Assembly (NCBI GenBank): GCA_017499595.2
Contig: CM039007.1
Location: forward strand, 1-64,000
Length of the DNA: 64,000 nt
Direction of reading: 5' to 3'
Origin: Psilocybe cubensis
Taxonomy: Eukaryota
A model generated the notes under the pieces. It saw only the letters and a list, made by a program, of their open reading frames with translations, was not told the origin of the DNA and made no database searches. Numbering within the stretch: position 1 is the stretch's first letter; each line of letters opens with the position of its first letter. Of this stretch, positions 33,001 to 46,384 are shown in pieces. A program made the position numbers and the translations under genes.

Positions 33001-36000
33001 CCGCCTCTTTCCTCCCTTGCTTCCCCTCCCCTCTATTCCACTCCATCTCCTGCATCTTCTCCTCCAGATGCCAGGCACCTCAAAAAATCCCATTATATCG
33101 CGTGAAAAGGCTTGGTTGATAGCGAGATTGACTCACGAGGGATTGCTGTTGTTACGCCTTGACTGCGGCCTTGTACCATGGGGGTTGGTAAGGTTCTTGC
33201 CGGGTTCGTGTTGTTGAGGTTGAGATGATAATGAGAGTTGAAAGAGGGGATGCTCGGATGTTGTGGGGTGTTGTGGTTGTCTGTGTGAGTGTTCTTTGTG
33301 GATATCAAATGCCGGCTAACTGTGCAGTTGAAAGATTGATGACAATGGCTAGTAAGCAACGTGCGACGATGGACCCAGTATGCGTTCGGAACAGGTCGAG
33401 TAAGAGCAGGTGTTGTGGGTACCTTTTTCTCATCCCGCCCCTCCTCCTCTGCTCAGCTCAGGGGGTCTCTCCCCTCTCCTCTGCTCTCCAATTTTCTCCT
33501 GTTCGCTCCACCTCCAGGTAAGCTAACACTGAGCTGGGGATTTGCCGCCGCGACTGACAACTTCTTTTTGTTGTTTGAATGCCAGGTCATCATCTGTGAA
33601 GACCCGAGGTAAGCAAACCAGCACAGGCGCGTCCAGAAACTCACCTTGACACCCACACAAACCCTTTGACACAACGGCGACCTTACCCGTGCAGCTGGTG
33701 AAGAACGACGTGGTGCCGTCATTAATGAGTCCCAGACATAACAAAGTCAAGGAAAAACATTCTCACTCACCTCTTTCCGACGCGTTTCTTTCAGTCAGCA
33801 GCATCTCAAAGGTCATCGTGTCGTCTGGTGCCCAAAGGTGAGTAGTCCAGCACAGACGTTTTCGGCTACTCACCTTGACACATAGACGCCACGTCGATAC
33901 ATTCAAGCCGCTCGACGCACACAAGACCCCTCAAAACGACGACCTCGACTATCACAACGTTGTCAGTGAGTCCCAGTATAATGAAATGACAAAAAACTGC
34001 GCACTCACCTCATCCCGACGCATTTCTTCCAGCCAGCCACCCGTCGAATGCCAGGTCATCGTTTCGGCTGACCCCCAAAGGTGAGTGATTGTGCACAGAA
34101 GTTTTTGGCTACTCACCTCTGACACATAGGCGCCACGTCAACACAAGCACCCTTGCCGCACACAAGACCCCTCAATACCACAACCACGACCATAACCAAC
34201 CGCGTTCGCTGGTGAAGATGCACAACAACATTGTTGTCCAAAGACACAATATAACGGACACGCACCTCATCCCGACGCGCCTCTTTCAGCCAGCGGCTTC
34301 TTGAATGCCAGGCCATCGTGTCGTCTGGTGCCCAAAGGTGAGTATTAATGACTCTGGTATGCTGTGTGCAGCGTACTTAAATTCTCTCAAATTAGTGATG
34401 CGTCAGTGTAGTGGAATGTAAGTTGTATTTTTTTCTATACACTTTTTTGCATATCTCAATCTGTTTATACACACCATCTACCACCCCGCATGTGCGTATG
34501 GCGCATACACAAAGAACCTCCGCCTTTTGGACCCTCGACCAACCTACACCGCTTCATCCTCGTATTCCCATGCTCCCCTTTCCATCGAAGACCTTCCAAC
34601 TCATCGGTACGTCTACATTTTTAGCTTCGCCGATACTACACACTAACACACGATTAATATAATCTTCAAGTGTCTTTGGATCGTTGAATCCATCGTGAAG
34701 ACAGCCCCGCACCTTGTGTGAGATTGCACTGGCAGGACGGACACTAGGAGCGTGTACCAACCACCAGGTGAGCTATCTTACATTATTGACATCCTTAAGT
34801 GGTCTCTAAGAAAATAGCAATTCAGCATTTCAGGGACAGGAACTCACCGGTTTGAACAGACGGTCATGACGTGTTGTGTATGTCCTTTTGATTTTTGCTT
34901 TCAGACAACATTTAGCTTATACACATGAGATCGTATGTACGTCCGCGCAAATGGAATGTCAATTTGTTCTCCAGATTCAAATCAATCCGAACAGGCATTG
35001 GAGAACAACAAACAGAAGCGACTTTACCGTGCCAATTTCGCAACGGAGCGTTTATCAAATCAATATGCCGCTCCTCGTCTCCCCATCCGTTTTTACACCA
35101 CTTTTCAAACGTATGTATTCAGCTTGATTCTATATATGGACTAGTGCTAATTATCTGCGTAGCGTTGCCTTGAGAAACTACTTGGATTATGGAGGATGTC
35201 TTGTTTGAAGGAGACACGTGGAGGCTCTCCCGAGCCGTTTCACGCATTTCACGGGCTTTTGGAGAGTCAAAAGACGTTGAATTAGACACGCCCCTATGTC
35301 AGTATGTAATAAAAACTGATGTAATGTTCGGAACTTGTGTTATTGCTCGCGTTTTCATGCGGACGGACATGCAGGTACACACCCTTTAAATGTGTTTCTG
35401 TGCATGTATTGCCGTTTAAACGATCATGCTGTCCTGTATAGCCCTCTAGTTAGGTACTTGTGTACTTTTTAAGACGTGAGTGAAATGATAAATAACAACA
35501 CTCGTTGCAGCATGCTACGTACATGGAATGTGGTTCTGCATTGTTCTCGGGGATTGGAGGGGTGGGGCATTTTGAATGGTGCATTTGGGTGGGTGTAGAT
35601 AAGAGATTTCGGTGTGGATGTGGTGTTGGTGTAGTGTAGAAGAGATGCGGGTGTCTTGTACATGCCCTCATCGTCTAATCGATACTCTTACTCCAATATG
35701 CTAATGTTCAGGAGCCCCTGATGGATGTTGTTTTCTTGATTCAGTCTGTGAGTGAGTGTTAAAGTTGTACTGCAGCTGCTAATCCGTTGTGGAAATCAAT
35801 ATCGTGGAGTTGCATGCAGTTAAGCGCCGAAATGAACAAGTTCTATATACATATAATTGAATGCACAAATCTCGTATAAAGACGATCCATATACCTACCA
35901 GCATACCAAAGATTTTCAAACACTCCAAGGCATCCGCAAAGCACAACTTATTGTGCAATTCCATCCCATGTAACCGGATTCTCTCCTCCTCGCCCAAATC

Positions 36001-36324
36001 GCCGTTACACGACATTTCAATGCATTTTTTTTTCGATTTTGATCCGATATGGTACTAGGCTCGGCTATTCATAATGTCAGAGCGCACTAGCGGGGACACT
36101 GTGTTCAATTTTCTGCATCCAAAAGATGGAATATGTACGCACTGCAACGAACACGAAATGTGCAAAGCATCAATTTCTGCTCGTAGTGTACGTACGTGCA
36201 TACGAGTCTTGAATGCGTGAATTGAATACCGCATTCCACAAATCACAGTAAATCAAACATAGCAGTTTACCAACTGCACCAGAACGCCGTGAAATGCACA
36301 TTGGATAAATTGGTACATACACAC

Positions 36325-36492
36325 CAACCCTAAAACCTGCTACATATATAATTGTATTTACCAACCCTAACCAGCCTAATCTGTGCTTTTATGGTATTAT
36401 CAAATCCTAACCAACCCTAAAATCTAAACCCTAAACCATCCTAATCTGTATTTTTGTGGTCACCACCAACCCTAAACTATAAACCCTAACCA
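36325..36492 (+). repeat. Degenerate telomere-like motifs within a short ~60-bp imperfect repeat
   Basis: Several AACCCTAA(A) motifs alternate with CTAATCTGTG/TTTTGTGG-like spacers. Confidence 0.55.
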
Positions 36493-39400
36493 ACGCTAAT
36501 ATGTGCTTTGTGGGAGCCTCCGTCGTTAATATGTAAAAAAGCTGGATGTACTTGAATCAAAGTTGAACAAAGTTGAACATGGATCAAAGCCACACACTCG
36601 GTTTCAACGTACCTGGGCAGTAAACAAAGGAATACAGTTGTTCCATGGATATTATGTGTATTAGCATACTATGGGCCGATGTGGAATATGTAATATAGAG
36701 AGAATCAAACACTCACACGACTGTTGGGTGAAAAATGAGAGTGGCATTCGTTAAGCGCCCAAAACATACGCCGTGAGTACTAATGCGACATTAGCGGCGA
36801 CATTAGGAAAGCGAGAATGCATTGAATTGAGGGTACGGGGATCATATACCTCGTATTTCCCGTCCGTATTTTGCACGTATAGCAAATAATGGTTGAATTA
36901 TACACCTCTGACATATTACAAGTCTAAGCTAAATGAAAAAATCAGTATTTTCTATGAATTGAAATTTAATGGATACTCGCCATAATCACACCTCCCACTT
37001 GTCATTTTCTAGATTCGTGTTAATGACACATTCAAATGAAAGATATATTTGATACTACTCACACATTCAATAGCAGTAACATGGTACACCGATAGTCAGA
37101 CTCGAAACGATAACTCAAAATGTCAAGTCATCTATCCTTCCCTCCTGCCCCATTTCGCTGTTTCTCACCTTTTCAAACGCCGTTTCTTCTGGAACGCATG
37201 TGAGTATCTCTGCCTATTACCATATGTATCCGAGTGACGTGAGTTGGGATGCTGTGTAGACGGACAATTAGTGGACTTGAGATTGAAAGCGAATGAAGGC
37301 ACACCTACGTTATCCTTGTTTTCTGGAACTCCAAGCGTGTTTGCATAATCTGTCCTTGTATGAGTAAAGCTGGGAGAATATATTGTATACTGAATGACGT
37401 ACAATGGTTGATAATGTCCTCAGCAATTCTGCAAGAACTAATCGTCGTGATACGCACCTAATATCCATGATTTTGTATGTACATACCATTCTCATACGGC
37501 CGCCACGCGTTCAAAGTATCTAGGTATTCAATTCAGTGTATTGAGGTCGTATGAGAATGGTATTTCAAGTTGATACACAACTCACTGGACTTGGATATCT
37601 GAATCTCGATTCTCAACCCTCCTCCATCCCCCATTCACCCTAGCTCTCATTTGCAAACAATTTCTTTGCTTCCAGGTGTTTGAAATATTCCCATCAGTCC
37701 TAAACATAATTACAACACCTGTCAGTGGAGATGTAACTGAGAACGAAGGAAGTGCCAACAAAATTTTTATGAATGCGTGGAGAACCTGGACATTGGTTCT
37801 GAATGGAGAACGGTGCTTATGGTTGTAATTGAGGTGTGTTGCATGTTTGGGAGACTTGGGGGTTACAATACCTTTATCTGGGTGGCGCTCATAGGGAATC
37901 TACTAGAGCTGAGTGCAGTCGAAATTGAACCGACACCTGTTTGAAGTTGAATCCCAATACACCAATTCACATTCACATCTCATTCTTCAACACCAGCCTT
38001 CTGTGCAGGCTACCCTACCCATCAAGACGCCGCGGGATACGAGTGTATGTTTTGTAGGACACTTGCAGGTAAGTAATACGCTGTTCGACATGGATATGCG
38101 TTGACACGTAGCTGTTTGCGACAGCGACAAGCCTCTGCCAGCGGCGGACCGGTGTTGAAAATGTAAGTTGTTCCGTGTTTTGCTCGTCGGGTACCACTCT
38201 TGATTGACCGCCCCATAACAGTGTTGAATCGACCTGGAAGTCGACGCCGGCGACGGACAACGACGCCTAGGTAAGTAAATCAACGCACTTTTTGTTGAGA
38301 ATCTGCCTGAACTGACCTTGACACGCAGCATTCTCTGCAATACAGTAGCTGACATCCAACCACACCTTCTTGTCCATCATTCCAAGCAGCATACACGCTT
38401 TTGGCTTGCACAACCTTGGATCCGGCGATGTTGAAGTTGGATGAGGGCGAAGGGTGGTACCGCTGGAGTGTTGCGAGGTGAGTACACTGTATAACACAGT
38501 TAACAAAGCGGACTCACTAGAAACCCAAACGTTTCCAGTTGGTACATATCTTATTATAGCCTGCTCTAGTATTGCTTGGATAGCAAATTTGATGTTAATA
38601 TGGTGCTACAGAACCCGGAAGCCCGCTGCAACACGTACTCAGTGACATTCAGCGCAAGCTCGTAAGAACGACGTGGTGTACGTATCATGGCCGTTTGCTG
38701 CATTTTGGTCATTTGAATGGCATCGGGGTACACAATTGGGTGCAGTGATGTCCGGTTGAAGACTTGGTGGTGCGTGGTATAGAGATAATGGTCAAAAATG
38801 GGACAGGTTCACGCTGAGCCGTGAACCTGCTTATTTCTCACATTTTGACAGTTTCACAAGTGCTATGGTATTATTTGAGTACTACAGAGATGAATTAATA
38901 TGTCCTGTACCTGAATTAGTGCGTAAATAAAGTTGAGTGCGGCTGAGCAAAGATGAAAGTGTCAAAACATGTTAAGCGCCCGAATACACCCTCAACGAAA
39001 TCAAACAAAAATGAAGAAATACCTGAATGTTAAACTCATTTCGTAGACTCCCCTGTACAGGTAGACTACGCAGTACACCCCTTAGTACTCATACCATCCA
39101 TAGAAAGTCAACAATCACAAAAGTTTTATCAAAATTTTCAACACACGTACATGTCCACATCCTCTCCCTCCCCCAATTCGCAATTCCAGCCTGTTTCCAA
39201 CGTTTACTTTCGTTACAGGTCTTCTCGGGCACTAGCGGGGACATGCTTGGCTCGGATATACTGCCGTTATGCGCCCTAGAAGGTCAGAAGAAATGAGGGA
39301 AACAACATCGGTCCCATTGCATTTTGGAGGATTCAACTTACCTGGAGAGCGATTCTGCGTCGTTTCCGCGTCTGTCCCGGATTTTGGAGCCTCTGAGTAC

Positions 39401-40429
39401 GTTGTTGGTGGTGCAGGACTGCCGATTGTGCCCGGATTAATGATTGGTAGGTCGGAAATTTTGTTCTAGTCGCGTATCGTTGTGCGGAGTCATGATTGGA
39501 ATACCCTCATCATTCCAATAATGCTTTTACCTAGTGTACGTCTTTTTCAATGTAAAGTAGCCCCTGATTGGAAGGGGAGTCGTTACCTGGACTGTCTGTA
39601 TGACTTTGGGATTCACTGTGCCTGGCGTACGATATTCAAGTTTACATTGAATACGAACATCAATTAAGCTCCGAGAATGCACATCTTTGCATACAACGCA
39701 AATAACACTTTAATCAGAGATCACATACCTATACTCGGCTGATATAGGAGTCAGCAGGTTTTAGGGTTTAGCCGTACGAGTCTTGAATGCGTGAATTGAA
39801 TACCGCATTCCACAAATTGCATCGCGATACGTTGAAATGGGGGATATTGGTCCAGATCTGCGCAACGGCCAACCGGTCCAGCATCGCGTAACACTGCAGC
39901 AAAAGACAAGGGAGTATATTTGGGCTACTTCCGACATGCAGCGGACACTAGTAGGTATATAAGGACGACTGACCTCGGCAATACCCTTCATTCCCTCATC
40001 CCCTCTCTTTTTCCCTCTCAGAGGTGTCCAGCACTTGTGCCCGCTCCCTTTTTATATGCCCCCTCCGACAAGTCGATGTTGACGGGCGTTGCAGCAGGTG
40101 TCTGACGGTGGGCGTTCTGGAGCATGGACAATGGTGAGCCTGACGGTGTGCAATGTGTGGGACAACACTGACGTACCTTTGCCCATTGTTGCGGTTTAGG
40201 GTTTCCGCGCGACGTGGCCGACGACACGGTATGTATCCTTTTCTTGCATTCTCTTGCTCTGCCCTCCGCTCAACGCCATTCAGCTCGCCCTCTCCGCTGT
40301 CCTACGCCTCGCAACTACGTGAATGCACCGCAACACCATGAGTATCGGAGTCCGCCCTTGCATTCTGAGCCGCTCCTGACCATCACCCTCGTAGAACATT
40401 ATTGCCGACGAGTGAAGGATCTGGGAGGT

Positions 40430-41423
40430 AGGATTTAGGGTTCTCGGCAAGAACGTCAGAAGTGTCTGCAAATGCGGTGCGAAGAGGATAGGATGTGTGC
40501 TCGCGAGCGGTGTGAGTGTCGAGAGGAAGGTGGATAGGTAGTGGTAGTTGGACGTTTTTGGTCGTGAGAGTGCGTATGTGTATGTAGAGGAAGATGTAGA
40601 TGGGGGAGGGAGGGGAGCGTGTAATGGTGGTTAGGAGAGCGCGTTGGAGAGGGCTGGGAGGGTGTTGAGCATTGGTGAGAGCAGGGAAATGGACTGTGCG
40701 AGTTGTGTGGCGTCTGCTGAAGAGAGGAATGCTACGGACGCCAGGAGCGCTGCATGGCGGACCTATTCAATACCATACGTTGTATAAACCACCACCACTA
40801 CCACAAAAACCCAGCCGTCAGCACCTTCCTACCGAAATTATAAAGTAAAGCAGACACACCTCGATATTCTCTGGATCCTGCAAGCCGCACTGAAACACAC
40901 CGAGCATGGCATTGATCTGGAGGTCCATCACAAGGTTCGGACATCCCGCAAAAACTCTATACGCGCTCTCCCTCAACATCCACCCGGGCACCGCACCACC
41001 ACCCACACTGCCTGAACCCTCCTCACCTCCAAGCCCCTGTGCATGTGTCATACTAAACGCCTGCGCCTGCAACGCATGCCACGGTCTACCCCTCGCCATC
41101 CCCTGATTCGCAACATCACATATCATATCCACCGTCTTCCGCCTCACACTCCCCGCGCACTCATGTGCCAATGAGAACAGCAGTAACCGCTCGAGGGGGT
41201 TGAGGGTCTGATGCGAGAGGTGGTCGTACAGCAAGGAATGGTTCGCGTGTGTGGTGTGCGAGGGTATGTGCTGCTGTTGCTGCTGCTGTCGGTGGTGCTG
41301 TTGTTGTTGCAGTTGTTGGTGGATGTCAGGGCCGGGGGCGGGCGGGCCGCCATTATTCACTGTGAGAACAGGTGCCGGGAGGAAGAGGCGGCGGCGGAGG
41401 AGAATGCGCGAAAGCGAGCGCAT
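40430..41423 (-). pseudogene. Importin-5/Kap121 (importin beta-3)-like N-terminal HEAT fragment with a retained intron (40763-40859) and a premature stop
   Basis: LYDHLS..TL..LERLLL, VRRKTVD.ICDVANQGMARGRPWHALQ, LRESAYRVFAG.PNL, then spliced IE|VRHAALLASVAFL...NALS*, then HYLSTFLSTLTPL..THPILFAPHLQTLLTFLP. The family was recognised from memory. Confidence 0.7.
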
Positions 41424-41494
41424 CGTCTATATGCACGGATTCAGGAAGAGATAATGTAAGCAAACACAGACAAACACAAAGGCTTCCTCTGCCG

Positions 41495-42121
41495 CGTGTC
41501 GTTGTGGGCGGCGAGTGGACGCGACAGCGGGACGGCAGCCGGCGAGGGGAGGCGGCGCGGCAGCAGCGACAGGCGTCGAGTGGAGGAGGCGGCGGCAGCA
41601 GCGGCCCGGGGGTGGCGGCGCAACGACACGCAGTGGCGAGCGCAAGTGTCGGGACAGCGAGCGCAGGCATTGGGATGGTGAGCGGAGGCGTCGGGGGCGG
41701 TGAGACAGGCGGGAGGCCGGCCTCCAGTGGCTGGCGTGTACGAGTGGAGGCTGGCCTCCACTCACGCGTACAACGCGCGTACGAATCGAGGCCGGCCTCA
41801 GGTGGCCTCGACACGTTTATTTTTAGACGGAGGCCGGCCTCCAGTGCCTGTCAAAAATTATTTTTAGACGGAGGCCGGCCTCCAGTGACCTCCATCAATT
41901 TGGAGGCCGGCCTCCAGTGGCCTCCATCAATTTGGAGGCCGGCCTCCATAAATTACATATTTAATTATGTAGCACCTCCGTATGTACCAAATAAAATATT
42001 TTAAAAGTGCATTTGGGGGTTTTTGAGGTCGAGAAATCCGAATCTAGCATCAGATTTCCGGAATTCTAAACAGGAGGCCCAATGCAACGAAGGCCCCCCC
42101 TTCGGGGGGGAATAAGCCTAG
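41495..42121 (+). mobile_element. Terminus of the same large DNA transposon (copy 2)
   Basis: GC-rich subunits, five perfect GGAGGCCGGCCTCC palindromes, a C7-TTC-G7 hairpin (42094-42110) and AATAAGCCTAG. Confidence 0.75.
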
Positions 42122-45100
42122 AACAATTACATGTTCGATTAATGTCGATGGGACAATTCCTGTCGTCCGGCATGACCATAGAAGGAACAGCTAAAGTCCT
42201 TCGGTTCTTTGATTTGCCTAAAAAATCATATGGCCTGCAAGCCAGGGCAGATTCAATTGAATCGAACAGACATCCAATGTATTGGGTACATACGCGCATT
42301 GTCTCTGGAGAAGACATTAGCACGTTATCTTCGACTCTTCAAGAGTCAAGTGACCTTTGGCATCGACGCCTTGGTCATCCCTCTGACGATGTTCTAAGAC
42401 ATTTTAGGGACTCCACTAAGAACTTTCCCAAAATAAGTGTACCCAAGGACAAAAATGTCTGTGAAGGCTGCGCGAAGGGTAAAATGACTGATAAGTCATA
42501 TGACGAAAACCCCAAACACGCGAAGAAGCCTTTTGATCGTATTCATTGTGATCTCAAGACATTTTCTGTTTATTCCTACCAGAAGTGTAAATACTTTATG
42601 TCCTTTTTGGACGACCACACCCCACACGTATGGCTCTACTTTCTTAAAAAGAAGAGTGATGCCGCTGCGGCTGTGAATTCTTTCGAGAAAATGGTGGAAA
42701 AACAGTACGGTACCTCCGTCAAAGAATACTTCTTTGATAATGGCGGAGAATTCATTAGTACCGAGTTCTTGGAACGGCTACAAAATGCCGGTACACGTGC
42801 CTGCTTTACAGCTTCCTATGCTCATCAGAGCAATGGTCGAGCTGAAAGACTAAACAGGACAATTATGGAAAAGTCTGAAGCGATGAGGCATTACGCCTGT
42901 CTACCGGATAGCTGGTGGCAATTTTGCTGTGCCCACGCTGTCTTCCTATACAATAGGACTCCGGTAAAACGCATCGAGTGGAAGACACCCCATCAGGCCC
43001 TTAAGGGGGAGTTACCTGATGTGTCTAAAATTAAAACTTTGGGATGCGCAGCTTATGTGTACCTACACAAGGAGCAGCGTAAAAATAAGTTATCACCGCG
43101 TTCCGAGTTGATGACATTCCTCGGCTACGAATCTAATTCGGTGATGATCTTTATGAGATCTCCGAATAATGTGGTCTTTCGTGCGAACAAGGCCCTATTC
43201 GATGAAACCTTATTCCCAAAGTGTGAATCTAAGAGGAAGATTCCACCCAACACACGCTTTAATCCTCCAAAACCAAAGGGACCCTCCTTTGAAATCGGCT
43301 ATGGAAGTGAGTCGACAGATTCCGATAACGACGACTTTCCAATGCCACCTCTGCCGAAAGAGACAGGCGATCAACCGAGCCCACGGTCCGCCAGTCCTCC
43401 AAGTTCTATGCCAGGGCCTAGTTCACGTCCTCCTCGTGACGATGACGATGATCAGGATGACGATCAGGGATACGTAACACCTCCCACGTCAAATCAAAGA
43501 CCAAAAATGCCTGATACACCTGTCAAGCCTCCGCCCAGAAGGTCGGATAGAACTCGGAAAGTACCAGAGCGGGAAGGCAATGTTTACCGACCCGGAACAA
43601 CAACCGATAAAGATCGACGTAAGAAGCTGCAGACTGTTTCACACGGAGTGGCATCCGTCCCTGATTACGTGCCACTTACTCGATCTAGTAGCAATCGCAA
43701 TGTTGAATCTGGTATCCCTAATTCAGGGACGGAAGGGGGAGTAGCAAACAATCTTTTCGCGACATTACTTTCCAAACGGGTCTGCAAAATTATCTGCACT
43801 GCTGATTATGGTCTCACAAAGGATGTCCGTGACTGGACCCTGCGTGATTTGCTGAAATTACCAGCTGACCAACAGAAGGAATGGAGACAAGCCATGAAAG
43901 ACGAGTTAGAGGTCCTCGTCAAAAGAGAGGTCTATGAGCTTGTCGATCTCCCTAATGGCCGAAAAGCCATCAAATGCAGATGGGTCTACGACATCAAAAC
44001 TGATGGTCGGAAAAAGGCTCGTCTGGTAGCCAAAGGCTTCTTACAGATAGAAGGCCTAGACTACGATGAGTTATTCTCACCTGTGGTCATGCTACCAAGT
44101 GTTCGCACAATATTTGCCCTTGCCGCACTCGAAAGGTGGAAAGTCTGGTCCCTTGACGTCATATCGGCCTTCCTTTATGGGCCGTTAGACGAGGAGATAT
44201 ATATGGAACAGCCTGAGGGCTTTGTTCTAAAGGGACAGGAGAAGAAAGTACTCCGGCTTAAAAAGGCAATTTATGGGCTCAAACAAGCCGCACGAGCATG
44301 GTGGTTCGAGCTAGACAGGAGTTTAAAAGAGCTCGGATTCACTAGACTATACTCGGACGCCGGCATCTTTATCTCACGTCATACCGACGGCACATTAGCA
44401 ATAATGTTTGCCTATGTCGACGACATCCAGATCACCGGACCTAACTCCAAACTCTCACGACAGAAGAGAGATCTCTTCATGAAGAAGTGGGATTGCCGGG
44501 ATCTTGGAGAATCACGGGAGTTTCTCCGCATGGCTATTGATTACAAAGATGGCAAAATCCTCTTAAGTCAAGCCAACTATTTGGAGAAGGTTCTAACCCG
44601 GTTTGGCATGAGTGATGCTAAAGCTGCTAGAACTCCCTTACCCACGGGCTATCGCCCAATGCCGTTCGATGGTACTAGTTCGGCACAACTTCGCTCGCAG
44701 TACCAATCAGTGATTGGTTCCTTGCTTTACCTAATGCTTGGAACTAGACCTGACATTGCCTATGCAGTGACTCAGATGGCAAAGTTTGCTTCCAATCCAT
44801 CTGAAGACCACATGAACAAGGCTAAATATATTATGCGGTATCTTGTTGGCACACGCAAATATGCCTTAGTTTATGATGGGAAGTCTCGCGCTGGCCTATA
44901 TGCCTATTGTGACGCCTCTTATGGAGATGACCAATCAGAGCTCGACCTTAAGCGTCGGTCTGCACAAGGCTACTTCTTTAGCTTGGCAAATGCCGCGGTC
45001 ATGTGGAAATCACAGACACAGAAGTTAGTCTCAATGTCGTCTACTATGAGTGAATACATGGCACTCTCCGACTGCGCCAAAGATTGCGCATGGATTAAAA

Positions 45101-45381
45101 ATCTATTTGCGGAACTGGCCAAACCAATTTCCCACGTCCCAGTCTATGCGGACTCACATGGTGCAATATTCAACGCACAGAATCCCGTGACACAAAAAGG
45201 GATTAAGCACGTGGAGATTCGCTATCATTACATACGGGAACAAATAGAGCAAGGCACACTCAAATTATATGCAGTTCCGACTGCTGATAACATTGCCGAT
45301 ATGTTTACCAAGAATCTAGGTCCTGATCTATTCTTGAAACATAGATCCGCTCTTGGCCTTGAGTTTTACCCGCTAGATTAG
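42122..45381 (+). CDS. Copia pol (integrase, RT, RNase H), open frame
   Basis: LWHRRLGH...CEGC zinc finger, IHCDL / DNGGEF / NGRAER integrase triad, KARLVAKG, YVDD, YCDAS and ADMFTK. Confidence 0.93.
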
Positions 45382-45440
45382 TCCGTTCATGGAAACAAGT
45401 AGAGTCCCGCCTTATGGCGCGCGCACCACTTGAGGGGGAG

Positions 45441-45759
45441 TGTTGAACGACTATTATTAATAAAGTTCACGTTCGACCGTGTGACTCTCAGAGTCATATG
45501 ATAAGTCATGTGAATAGATTACTAAGTAGATAGATGACTAAGTACTATACAGTAGTTACTGTCACTAGTCACATGTAACGCACTCTAGGTGTATATAAGG
45601 GCGACGCTAGTGCCCTCTAATGATAAGCGGTTTTCACAACCCACTCGAGTAGCTACAACTCAAGTAACACAACCCAAAGGGTAAGTATTAAGTCAAGTCC
45701 TTAGCCACTGCGTACATAGACTGTGTAGAGTAGTTTTGGGCACATTATGCTGCTCAACA
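45441..45759 (+). repeat. Copia 3' LTR (319 bp)
   Basis: Begins TGTTGA right after the PPT, ends TCAACA, and has an internal TATATAA. Confidence 0.85.
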
Positions 45760-45823
45760 GTTTGGTTCTCGGTTCAGCAAAAATGGGCCCTGAACCGAAC
45801 TGAACTGAACTTCGGCATCCTTA
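45760..45823. mobile_element. Possible right-end remnant of a MITE into which the copia element inserted
   Basis: GGTTC/GAACC and (CTGAA)-type subterminal repeats ending CGGCATCCTTA. No partner end is seen. Confidence 0.4.
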
Positions 45824-46384
45824 TGTAACAAAGTATTCTCAAACTCCTCGATCTGTCGGGACAATTTCTGATACCTAGTCAGTAAACCCAAACAGAAGTG
45901 GTTTATCAATCCCACTTACATAGAGTGGGTGCTCCGTTGTTAGCGATGTCAATAATGGGCGGCTCAGCAGCATGGATTGGAATCCATGGAACCTGCACCG
46001 AGAGGGTTTGCCTGGGATGTTTACAGTCAGCCTTAGCCGGTCTCGCGAGCATTTAACCTACTTGATTCTTTTACACTGTGACTTTCAGCATTTATAGGCT
46101 TCCATCTCGGACGTTTTAACGAGGACGTCTAAAGAATGTCAAAAAATGTCAGCTCCAACCTTTCAACAATGATTGAGGGTCAAGAGTGCATACCGTGCTT
46201 GATTTCTGAGGGCCTGGTCATGAACCTGAGCCATGCATGCTAACTCTAAACCCGCTAGAGCTGAGATCTTGAGCAGTGACTTGGCTCGACACACTGCCAT
46301 CCATGCAGACACTAATAGCTGTGCTATCAGAGTCTGAGCGCCGCTCCTTTGATCAGAAAGTGTAAACGGCGGGGACCTTGCAGC

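Larger units (their letters stand above)
42122..45759 (+). mobile_element. Ty1/copia LTR retrotransposon, 5'-truncated (gag and most of the protease missing)
   Basis: Domain order IN-RT-RH, PPT GAGGGGGAG at 45432-45440, then the 3' LTR. Confidence 0.93.

Noticed and set aside
27048-40400. Many short ORFs in the 13-kb interior
   Set aside because: There are no recognisable domains or consistent exon chains, and the region looks decayed. A spliced gene could be missed without RNA data.
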